A stretch of DNA of 64,000 nucleotides from Selaginella moellendorffii (lineage: Eukaryota > Plantae > Lycopodiophyta), in assembly GCF_000143415.4 (NCBI RefSeq), contig NW_003314323.1, forward strand, positions 1,097,767 to 1,161,766. Reading direction: 5' to 3'. The position numbers and the translations under genes were made by a program. The notes under the pieces are model-generated. The model did not search any database and was not told the DNA's origin. It saw nothing but the letters and a program-made list of their open reading frames with translations. Positions 51,590 to 63,272 of this stretch are shown piece after piece (position 1 is the first letter of the stretch; every line of letters begins with the position of its first letter).

Positions 51590-52138
51590 ATGGCTAGGGA
51601 AAATGCTATTGCTACTCGCACTTGGCCCCCATGCATCTCATATGAGTCTCCACCTCCGTCTCCAACTTCTACCAACATTCCACCCTTCCCTCCATACATC
51701 AATCGTTGTGAGGCCTTTTCTTTTGTAGCCCCAAGTGTGACTGAACAAAAGATCCCTCTTCCAGATAATGTTCTAGATGTTGCTACTAAAGATGGATTGC
51801 CTCATGTGCTTCAAGAGCGATGCCAGATGTTTCTTCAAGATCTTGCTCCCGATATGGTTGAAACTTTTGAAAGAATGAACACATATTATCTCCAGTGTCC
51901 CATCTGCTACTTTTATTTAGATAAAACGGAAGGTTGTATGGGTCTAGAAACTTTTCTAGAACACTGTCACAATTGCCCAAGAACTGGTGTGGAAGGTGTG
52001 CATAAATGGATGTATAAGAAAATCAAGAAAGAGTTAAGAACACGCAATCATTATCATTTCATGGTGAGGAACAATATTCCGTTAGTAAATCCTACACCCA
52101 CAAGTGCTGAATATGGTATTTTTAGGCCATCCTACTGA
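51590..52138 (+). CDS. Zinc-finger protein, zf-XS-like, paralog 2
   Basis: Intact ORF; shares SYESPPPSP, LQERCQ.FLQDLAPDM, YYLQCPIC.FYL.KT.GCMGL..F.EHC..CPR.G.EGVH.WMYKKIKKEL and SAEYGIFRP with paralog 1; TATAAATA at 51530. Confidence 0.72.
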   Translation: MARENAIATRTWPPCISYESPPPSPTSTNIPPFPPYINRCEAFSFVAPSVTEQKIPLPDNVLDVATKDGLPHVLQERCQMFLQDLAPDMVETFERMNTYYLQCPICYFYLDKTEGCMGLETFLEHCHNCPRTGVEGVHKWMYKKIKKELRTRNHYHFMVRNNIPLVNPTPTSAEYGIFRPSY

Positions 52139-52267
52139 AAATTCCAGCCACTAATAATTCTTACACTATGATATTATTCATCCCCCCCCCCCCTCTCACC
52201 TTTTTTTTATTAACAAAATTGTATTACCTATAGATAATAAATTGATAATACTAGTAATTATGAAATT

Positions 52268-52398
52268 TGACAGACTGACACTGTAACTTTGTCATATCTG
52301 ACACTGACACTGTCTCTGTCACTGACACTATCACTGTCGCTATCTGCTACACTGACACTGTCAGTGTCACAATCATTATCACATTGACATATGACACA
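52268..52398. repeat. Dense TGACA/TGACAC motif cluster in both orientations between convergent genes
   Basis: ctgacactgacactgtc..., near-perfect palindrome tgacactgtcagtgtca at ~52353-52369. Confidence 0.7.
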
Positions 52399-55300
52399 TC
52401 TTTCTCATTGCATTCAATTGTCTTTTAATGTATCATTAATAAATAGATTTTTCATACCACTCCTCAATTTACACATTGCATATGATGTGCCATGCATACC
52501 TAGGAAGACTTCTAGAAAATTAAATATATATTATTTAAAAGTTTTTAAAACATCATAAATTACCTCCTAGAAGCAATTGATAGAGAAGGACAAAAACCTC
52601 GAAGACGGCGTTTGAAGAAATCATATTCTTCAATCGCAAACACCGATCTACCAGAGTCACATGCTGCTTCGACCATGGAACCACTACCTGCTGTGCAATC
52701 GATGACAACACCTCTAGTTGGGCAATAAAGCTCAAGTAGGACATGCATCGCCGATGGAGATCGGAACCGATACCCAGACAATGTGTTGCGGATGTCGTCG
52801 TCTATGAGATTTGGTATGATGTCAGTAAAGCTGTCATACCCTGGCAAAACCCTTGCAGCACGCTCGCTATCACGAAAACCGTCATTTTCTTTTCTGCAAA
52901 ACACATGGTAGGTCCACATCATAACCTGAATAATAAAACTTTAGAGACAACCAAAACAGAAAATGATTTCTTACCTTCTCTAGCATGCCTAGGACACCTT
53001 TGGTCTTGACCCCAACACTATCCATGATGCATCCGGAAGAGAACCTCTTGAAGTTGACTCGACTTGCATACCTCATAAGGCAAGACATCCAATGGGGGTC
53101 ATTCGGGAGAATGAAGGCAACTTGACCGGTTGTGTGAAGGAGAATTGCTGCCAAAAGGAATGCATCCTTCAAGTGGTCTTTAGTCAGGTTGTTCCAGCTT
53201 GGGACATCACCATTAGCGTCTGGAAGACCATCTGGCATGTCAAAGAGCATGAAGTTTGTGCTCTTGAGCGGTCGCCTATGGATCTTCTGACAAAAGTGCT
53301 CCCACTTTTGCCGGATAGCCATATTCTCAGCATCCTCCTCAAAAGATGCCATCAATGAACTATAGGAGCCAATAAAAATCCCAACTTCACCACGGAATGC
53401 CACTGGAGATACAGGGCGAATCTAGGGGGAGAAGACAAAGATAAGATGTGAATTTAAGAAAAATTTACATACCGTCATGTGGCATGTGGTAGATGTAAGT
53501 TCCTCCAAGTCCTCTTCTCGAGCATCAAGACGAGCTGGAATGAAGTTACTCCCGACAGTTTTTGCTGCAACCATTTTGAGGAACTAAGGAGAGAATAAAA
53601 AGAAATATACCTCGAGAAGTTCCTCGGTTACGGGGACGTTTTGGACGATCATCATCACTGTTGACTAATTCCTCCAGATGTGGATTTGCTCGCTTTCGTC
53701 GAGGTAGAACTTCTTGGACGTTCTGGTTCTCTTGCTCGACTTCGTCTCGAAGAATCTCGTTCTCACCGCCATCTTCACTCTGCTCGCCATTGGCACCAAC
53801 AGGGTCGACATTCTCAGGCCATCATCTTCGTCATCATTGTTGCCTCTTGCAGCCTCATGGTGGGTTGGTTCATAATCTGGCATCTCCAATTCCCAAGGAC
53901 AAGCGCGCTTTATTGCTGCTGGAAACTTCATTGTTGTCGGGTACATGCCTCCATCTCTCACACCATGCCTCAGGAGGCGTGTGCATACCGGTGTTTCGAG
54001 AGGAATGCTTCTATATTGGAGATACCTATAATAGAATATAAACAATTGAGTATAGTTGAGAAATTGTATGTTACCTGAAAGCCGCTCAACGCATGAAGTA
54101 AGGTTGGCCAAGTTGTTTCTCAAATGGAGTTGTGCTTGTGGCCTTCTTTGGCAGCCAGTCCTCTCCAAGTTTTGTAAGCTCAATGGTGACGAAGTCCTTA
54201 AATGGAAGTTGCTCAGGATCATCCCCTATGAAAGGCGCTAGAAACATCTCCCCTTCATATATAGTTTGTGAAATGTAGACGGTCCTCCTCATCACAGTCT
54301 CCATCATACTGTCCAAACCTTTTTCTCCTTCCCTGAGTTTGCTATTGAGGTCGTTCAGAATGTGTATCTGTTCCTCATATGTAAGCTTTAACTTTGAGAT
54401 GTTGTAAATAATCTCATCTGGAGTCTTGCCCACTAAAAAATAACTTTTGTGAGAACCTTCATGTAAATATAAACAATACTTACTTTTATGACAAGCAATC
54501 TCTGTTATAATATCGAACCACTCCTTTGGGTGTCGAGGGTCAGCCACACTAAGTAATTTCTTTACCTTTGTCTTCTTTGTGCTGTTGATTTTCTTGTCAA
54601 TTGCAGCTAAATGCTCTGAGAGTTCTTGATCATTTTCAGCTCGATGCGACTGTGCATATGCATCTTGCTTAACCTTCACCAATGGCTGAAGACAACACAA
54701 ACATTCTATGATAAAAAGTATACTTAAAAGAACATACCTTACTCCACACAGCTGTCATAAAAGCCACTGGATTCTTGTACCATTTATTGGCATCCTGACG
54801 ACCTCATTGATGTCAAATAAGTGATGCTAAATCATCACCATAGTGGCTGCGGACTGCATCCTCGTCGAGATTGGCAAGAAACCGGATCTGCTCCATATCA
54901 TGTACTAGGCTTTGTTTCTGCACTGCAAACTGTCCCAGTCCGCAAAACATAAATTGTTAAAAGTGATTGAAGAAGGAGAGGTACTTACGCATTAATTTTG
55001 TGGCAAGCTATCACAAGCCTTGCCAAATCTAGAGATCCTCTCGCGTATACATGTCCAATCGGAACATTGATGTGATAGACAGGATCGTCTCGGAAGCATT
55101 CTCGGATGCACTTCATCCACGCGCACCAGCGATGATTCCCGTCGATAATGTAGAACATTTTCCCCACAAATTGTTGAGTCTCAGGATGGCTCATAAGGTT
55201 GTTGTCAAATTCGCGGGACTTCATTTTCCAAATGTCATCCCAATCCCTCTCGATTTCCGGTGACACCGAGAGGGTATTTGTCGTTCCTGGCTTGAAAACC

Positions 55301-56469
55301 GAAACAAGGAACATACCTATGTTTGTCCCAAGGCCATTCTGTTTGTACAGACTATAGATGTCCATGTTGACGAAGTGCGGTGAAGCAGACCGAACGATGC
55401 TTGTCTGAGTGAATCGACATAGTGGGATTTCTCGGATCATGTGCCCCGGGCCTTCCTGTAAGCGACTAAATTTTCCATTCTACTTTAGTCATTTAACCAC
55501 ACCTCTGACCACTTGGAGGAGTCTCATTCACAACCTCCATAAGTCCAATCCAGGACTTGGGACTTGCTAGCCCCAAGAATGGCATCCATGCCACTCAACA
55601 TTTGCACTTGGTCCAAGTGCTCCACGTGTCCGATCCCATGATCGACACTCAAAGGTACCACCGACATGGCAGCTTGTTACGCTAAGGCCATGCCCAATCA
55701 CCTTTGCCACACTGGTAGTCCAATACCACTTGCATCACCGTCTTGGCTCTCCAAGACTAGGCAAACCATCCGTGTGTGGTCATCTCAGATCCACTCCTTA
55801 GCATCCTTAGGATGCCCACCGACAAGGGGAATAGCCTTCCCCAATATCCCTCTGTCAGTCCCCACTAAGTCCCTTTCTACCCCTGGCTGTGTTTGCCAAC
55901 ACTGCCACTGGATCGAGACCCACAGGCCCGACCACTAAGTCCCACGGTCCTCTGGGACTTCCTCACCACACGACTGTGTCCTTGGTCACTACCCCAGAGG
56001 ACTGCTCCTCTTCCTTTCCACAGTCTGGGCCTTTGGGACAACATTTCGGAACACCGTGGCCTTATGCAAGCCACCTGGGTACTCTCCTCGCCTTCTGCCC
56101 TTGGGTGCTCTAGCCATGGGCTTAGAGCGGGTTCCGTTGAGCCACACCAGGTATCCAAGTAGGTAGTGCCACCCACACTTGGACTAGGAGCATCGGCCAG
56201 TCGATCTCCCGGGGGAACTAGAGCCGGCTCTTGAACACTTCACCCAGCTACCCCGCTTGTCGGTCTGTGTTCACTCTAGTCTTGGACTTCCCAGTGGGCA
56301 GCTCATCACCCAACACTGGGTCTGGCCTTCCTGGGCCAAACTGGCCTTTCCTGGCCAAACTGGCCTTTCCTGGCCAAACTGGCTCCACTGCAGTCCTCCC
56401 CCTACTATACTTTTGGAGCTCACCAAACCCCCCAGGGTCTGGGAGACGAACGCTTTGGGCTTTCACCCT

Positions 56470-56582
56470 CTCAGACTCGAACTCGGACTTGGACTCGGAC
56501 TCGGACTCGGACTTGGACTCGGACTTGGACTCGGACTCGGGCTCGGTCTCGGCCTCGGCCTTGGTCTCGTTCTCGGTCCCGA

Positions 56583-56620
<38 letters not shown>

Positions 56621-57120
56621 CCGGTCTCGGTCTCGACTTCGGACTCCATCTTGGACTCCATCTCGGACTCCATCTCGGGTCCATCTTGGACTCCATCTCG
56701 GGTCCATCTCGGACTCCATTTCGGGTCCATCTCGGACTCCATCTCGGGTCCATCTTGGACTCCATCTCGGACTCCATTTCGGGTCCATCTCGGGTCCACC
56801 TCGGACTCCATCTCGGACTCCATCTCGGGTCCATCTCAGGTCCACCTCGGACTCGATCTCGGACTCCATCTCGGGTCCATCTCGGGTCCACCTCGGACTC
56901 CATCTCGGACTCCATCTCAGACTCCATTTCGGGTCCATCTCGGGTCCACCTCGGACTCCATCTCGGACTCCATCTCGGACTCCACTTCGGACTCCAACTC
57001 GGGTCCATCTCGGACTCCACTTCGGACTCCAACTCGGGTCCATCTCGGACTCCACTTCGGACTCCAACTCGAGTCCATCTCGGACTCCACTTCGGACTCC
57101 AACTCGAGTCCATCTCGGAC
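56470..57120. repeat. Minisatellite in the 3' LTR of the family-A element
   Basis: GGACTC/GGTCTC hexamers, then GGACTCCATCTC / GGGTCCATCTC units. Confidence 0.93.
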
Positions 57121-60100
57121 ACTTCCACATGTCATGTGTTGGTCCTTTTGGGTCCCTTTTTGGAGCCTCGCTTTTTGCTCGCTTCGTGCTCGTTCCTCGA
57201 GCACTTCGTTGGGAGTTCCACTCCCGCTCTTGACTTTTCAAGTCGGAGCTTTTGGTCCAAATGTGTTACGCTCGTTTGGCTCTCGCTTCAGCCACTACCA
57301 CGTGGCACCCTTTCCGGCTCCACTTTGGGGCCTAGGGATTTTGTGTCTCACAACTCCACCACCCATAGACGAAGTTCGATGTCCTCATCGAACGGTAAAC
57401 CATTTTGTAAAGTAACACTCGCATGTGTTACCATTTCCATCCTTGGCACCTAGCCAATATTTGTCAATGGTTTGACATTGAAGGCTCACCATGCCTTTTG
57501 CATATGCCTCAATGGTTTGACACCAAAGGCTCACCATGCCTTGCCTATCCTCTAAGGAGGGTAGTCTCTCCAACTTAGAGACTGATTGGACCACATGTAG
57601 TGGTTCTTTCCTTTTATGGGTTTAGTTCTCGCTAAACCTCTTAGAGACTCTTCTCTAAGTCAATCCCACTACTCCTTCTCGAGTAGTCTTAATTTCCATC
57701 TATTGAATGTTTGCACCTTGGAACTTTTACTCTTTTGACTTTTGGAAGTCAATTTCCTAGGTGTCTCCAACACCTTGCATTGCACAGATTGTGCAACTCC
57801 ACTTCCCTATTCTAGGAAGTTCATTACTTGAGGGCACCATCATCCTCTCTTCTATTTCGTGCCACCTTGGGCACTAAGTTCCATTTATCACACTTTGTGC
57901 TAGGGTTGTCCATCGCCCTATCATTTGGCTACCTTACCGCTCCCTCCCTTGGAGCTTCCACTTTCGCCAAATCGGAGCAATTCGGAATCCATCCTTGGAA
58001 ACACACTTCCTTTCCCGCAATTTGTTAGCGTCCAACACATTAGTGTTCCTCGCCTAACTTTGTCACTTGGATTCCTTCCAAAGAATTCCACGGCCCTATC
58101 TTGGCCACTCATCTTTTGCTCCTATCCATTGATTGTTGCACCAAGCAACATCGAATCTCTACCTCCCTCCTTGAGGTGTTCTTTTGATTCCATAGCAAAG
58201 GCTCTGCTTTGCCAAGACTAGGGTGTTCACCCCTAGTAAGTCTCTTTTAGCATCTTCTACTGTGGGCTCTATCCTCGGCCCAACTTTGTGACCCTCTCAT
58301 GGGTCTCTTTAAAGACTACTTTCCTTGGACACACTATGCCATCGCAATGACATAGCTCATTTCCTCAAGGTGCTTTTCCCACTTGGTCACCTTGACCAAG
58401 CCACACCATCATCAATAGTTCAAATCAACACTTTGAACTAGGAACCTTATTCCTTAACCCAAACAAAGACCTTGTCCTTATTTAGCCACAAGATCACCTA
58501 GTGATCTCACCTCGGCACCTTAACAGGTTTGCCAATAGGTACTAGGTCTTCCAGACCTTTAACTTGTTAACTACGACCCTGGGGGCATCCCCCACACTTG
58601 GCGGTGCGCCCAAGCCAGCCCTTCCGGCCAAGGGTCCATAGCAACTGAGATTAGGTGTCCCCATCTCACTCACCACGTCCTTGGTGCCATTTGCACCAAA
58701 GCGTTCAAGTTAGATATGCCGAGCTTTCACACTAAGCAATCTAACCGTGCATCACGACTCCGAGGCATCCCTCGCTTGGCGGTGTGCCCAAACCAATCTC
58801 CCCACTGAGAGTCCATGACCACCGAAATATGGGTGTCCTCATATTCCAAACCATCACCACGCCCTAGCAATTTGGGACTCGAACCCAAGCACTAGAGGGT
58901 CGGGACTCAAACCCAACCTCCGTATATGCATCTACGGACGGCATCACACAAGATGCCTGGCGTGACTCCCCACGCCGGTGCACCAACTTATTTTTAAAGC
59001 GCGCTACAGATCACAGCTTAGGAACCTAGTTCCCCCACACTGCCAAGTCCTCTCACTTGACATATCTGTGATCATGCATGGGCTCCTCCATACTTGGCCC
59101 CATGGGCCACCCTTTTTGAAGTTAGCACCTTCAACTAGGGTATTTGTTCCCCCCAACTTGCCAATCTCACTTAGCAAGTCATCCGGCCACCGTAACATGG
59201 TTCATGCATAAGCGTGGAAGTCCTTAACCATCAACTTTCGTTCAAAGCCCTCTCTTTGAACACTCGGGAACTACTTCCCTAACCTTGACAGCCTTGCCTC
59301 ATGGCAAGCTTCAAGACCACGCTTTTGCTGCGCCACTGTGATTTCGCACATTCTATGAACCATTTACACTTGGCCTTTCTAGGTACTAAGCTACCTAGAA
59401 TCGTCTTTGGGAACCTTGAAGGAACTCTGTCCCTTAGCTTGCTAAGGCCTCCCTTTTTGCAAGCTTTCCAATTGCCACATAGTCTAACATGGACAATTCC
59501 ATATTTTAGACTCTCCATGGCATCACGGTTGCTAGTGGCAACACCCTCGAGCCCCCACTTGATTCTCCACTCCCAGCTGGCATAACCAACCTTGGTTATG
59601 CCCTTCAATTTCTATGGTTCAGTTCCATCCCAATACTACTTGCCTTTTGGCCCCATATGTTTCCTTTGGTTATTCTCCTCCAGACCAGGAGGATAGCTTT
59701 TGCACTTTTTATCATGCCTTAGCAAGTATTCTTAGGGATGTACCTACCTAATAGCCCAAGGAGTGGTTCCTCAATCCGGGTATGCTCACCTTATAGTCCC
59801 ACACACTGGGATTACATTGTTGCTTATGGGCCTTTACATGCCCATCACTAGCCTTGCCAAAATTCCATTCTTGGCTTTGTCCAACTCGGGTAAACAGTCC
59901 TCTCCTGTCTCCGCAACCTTGGACATTTGGATAGCACCTTTTATCCATCATTCGCTAGGGACTTAGTCCCTTGGGCTTTATCCATTGCCCTCGCGACATC
60001 AAACACCACCTTCTGGTGTTCTAGAGTGTTCGGGTGTCCCAATGATGGCTTTCTTGACAATGAGTATTTCCTTTTATGACATTGACTTACTATATCGCAA

Positions 60101-62461
60101 CACAAGCAACTTATCCCCCGTAAGGGTGTATCCGACTTCCCTATGCTATTAAGAAGTCTTGGGTAGCTACCTTCTACCCGTTCAACCAGTTATTTTGCAC
60201 CTCTTGCTTAGTTGCCTCGTAGTTGTCAAGTCCTACAACTCATTGTTTAGTGCTTTCAAACCTCCATCATTATCTGGGTCACCACACTCCAACTGCATGC
60301 TCTGCAGCTTAGGCTATGCCATTCCCATTTCCATTGGGATTCCTTTGGCAAGGGGTTCTCATGAACCCACCAACATAGCCTCAAGGTATCACACCTTGGC
60401 ACATTTGGTGTCTCCACACCATCGGCTCCACAAACCTACCTCTATGACACTTCCCCTTCGTGTTTATGTCTTTGCCAAGACCAACACCGCTCTTTCTCAT
60501 GCCAACCATCCGTTAGCACTGCACCATAGAGGTCACACACAACTTTGTGTCAAAGTTGTTTTCTTCTGAGAACACCTTTCCCATAACTTTAGCATGGCAC
60601 ATTTTGCCATCGATGAGATACCCTCTGTTCTCATCCTTGGATCCTATGATCCCCCCCCCCCCATCCTTTGTGGGGTACAGCACACCTCAGTCCAAATGCT
60701 TCCATCAGTTCTTTTAGGACCATCCCTTGACTCTACTTGAGTCATCAGCAGTTTTGGACTTGGTTAATCCACAGACCCTTAATGTCCTACTTGTGAGGCA
60801 CTAGCTCACTGGAATACACTTCTGGCATTCCTGTCCTACTCAAAAGGACTATTTTCACAAGTGTTACTCCGACACTTGATTTTGTTCGCTGGGGGCAACT
60901 TTTGCCCCTTAGGACTACTTGTCCATGCGATGAGAATACCACTCATCTCTAAGTACACCCCCCAATTCCTTGGGTTGTTCCAGCATTTATTAAAGGTAGC
61001 CCTGGCTACCATTTCAAGGACTTGAGTCCTCTTCCGTATTTGACCTCCCACGGTCATTACCTCTGGTCTCACATTCACGAGCACCAACCTCAACTATATG
61101 AGGATAATCTTGTGACTCCTTTATTGTTTTGGAGTCTCTATCTTTCCCGTGATCCCAACTTTAGTTGTTTACCACAACAACCTTAGCCAATTTGCTGAGA
61201 CAAATGCTCATCCGGATCACATCCTTAACTCAATGAGGAAAACCTTGCACCATTCCCAAGATCCCAAAGTCGTTCCATTATTGGCCCTTTTCTATCCACC
61301 ATCTCGTCTACAAGTTCACACATGAACTATAATGGAGAGCCATGTCTTCCCGACTTGCTACTCCTCAAGGATAGGCCCACTCCTCGGACTTTCCGATGCC
61401 AACACTAGTGGTGATATACTTGAGCACCAATAAAAGCCGGACTAAGGAACAGCTCCGATACCAAATTGTAAGCGACTAAATTTTCCATTCTACTTTAGTC
61501 ATTTAACCACACCTCTGACCACTTGGAGGAGTCTCATTCACAACCTCCATAAGTCCAATCCAGGACTTGGGACTTGCTAGCCCCAAGAATGGCATCCATG
61601 CCACTCAACATTTGCACTTGGTCCAAGTGCTCCACGTGTCTGATCCCATGATCGACACTCAAAGGTACCACCGACATGGCAGCTTGTTACGCTAAGGCCA
61701 TGCCCAATCACCTTTGCCACACTGGTAGTCCAATACCACTTGCATCACCGTCTTGGCTCTCCAAGACTAGGCAAACCATCCGTGAGTGGTCATCTCAGAT
61801 CCACTCCTTAGCATCCTTAGGATGCCCACCGACAAGGGGAATAGCCTTCCCCAATATCCCTCTGTCAGTCCCCACTAAGTCCCTTTCTACCCCTGGCTGT
61901 GTTTGCCAACACTGCCACTGGATCGAGACCCACAGGCCCGACCACTAAGTCCCACGGTCCTCTGGGACTTCCTCACCACACGACTGTGTCCTTGGTCACT
62001 ACCCCAGAGGACTGCTCCTCTTCCTTTCCACAGTCTGGGCCTTTGGGACAACATTTCGGAACACCGTGGCCTTATGCGAGCCACCTGGGTACTCTCCTCG
62101 CCTTCTGCCCTTGGGTGCTCTAGCCATGGGCTTAGAGCGGGTTCCGTTGAGCCACACCAGGTATCCAAGTAGGTAGTGCCACCCACACTTGGACTAGGAG
62201 CATCGGCCAGTCGATCTCCCGGGGGAACTAGAGCCGGCTCTTGAACACTTCACCCAGCTACCCCGCTTGTCGGTCTGTGTTCACTCTAGTCTTGGACTTC
62301 CCAGTGGGCAGCTCATCACCCAACACTGGGTCCGGCCTTCCTGGGCCAAACTGGCCTTTCCTGGCCAAACTGGCTCCACTGCAGTCCTCCCCCTACTATA
62401 CTTTTGGAGCTCACCAAACCCCCCAGGGTCTGGGAGACGAACGCTTTGGGCTTTCACCCTC

Positions 62462-62585
62462 TCAGACTCGAACTCGGACTCGGACTCGGACTTGGACTCG
62501 GACTCGGACTCGGACTTGGACTCAGACTTGGACTCGGACTCGGGCTCGGTCTCGGCCTCGGCCTTGGTCTCGTTCTCGGTCCCGA

Positions 62586-62623
<38 letters not shown>

Positions 62624-63272
62624 CCGGTCTCGGTCTCGACTTCAGACTCCATCTTGGACTCCATCTTGGACTCCATCTCGGGTCCATCTCGGACTCCATC
62701 TCGGGTCCATCTCGGACTCCATTTCGGGTCCATCTCGGACTCCATCTCGGGTCCATCTTGGACTCCATCTCGGACTCCATTTCGGGTCCATCTCGGGTCC
62801 ACCTCGGACTCCATCTCGGACTCCATCTCGGGTCCATCTCAGGTCCACCTCGGACTCGATCTCGGACTCCATCTCGAGTCCATCTCGGGTCCACCTCGGA
62901 CTCCATCTCGGACTCCATCTCGGACTCCATCTCGGGTCCATCTCAGGTCCACCTCGGACTCGATCTCGGACTCCATCTCGAGTCCATCTCGGTCCACCTC
63001 GACTCCATCTCGGACTCCATCTCGGACTCCATTTCGGTCCATCTCGGTCCACCTCGGACTCCATCTCGGACTCCATTTCGGGTCTCCACTTGGGACTCCA
63101 ACTCGGACTCCATCTCGGACTCCATCTCGGACTCCACTTCGGACTCCAACTCGGGTCCATCTCGGACTCCACTTCGGACTCCAACTCGGGTCCATCTCGG
63201 ACTCCACTTCGGACTCCAACTCGAGTCCATCTCGGACTCCACTTCGGACTCCAACTCGAGTCCATCTCGGAC
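62462..63272. repeat. Minisatellite in the 5' LTR of the family-A element (longer than its sister copy)
   Basis: Same units, with extra blocks. Confidence 0.93.

Noticed and set aside
52560-55451. Bacterial contamination as the source of the ParB-MTase
   Set aside because: The gene has spliceosomal introns and a plant-type LTR insertion with a TSD, contiguous with host repeats.
56231-57453. Long ORFs (up to ~430 aa) over LTR-A arrays here and at 17059-17908, 37010-37841, 43414-45212 and 62241-63536
   Set aside because: Several frames on both strands are open simply because the repeat units lack stop codons; the translations are pure repeat.
62640-63272. CRISPR-like appearance of the regular repeats
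   Set aside because: Units are contiguous 11-12-mers with no unique spacers, no cas genes are present, and the context is eukaryotic LTRs.
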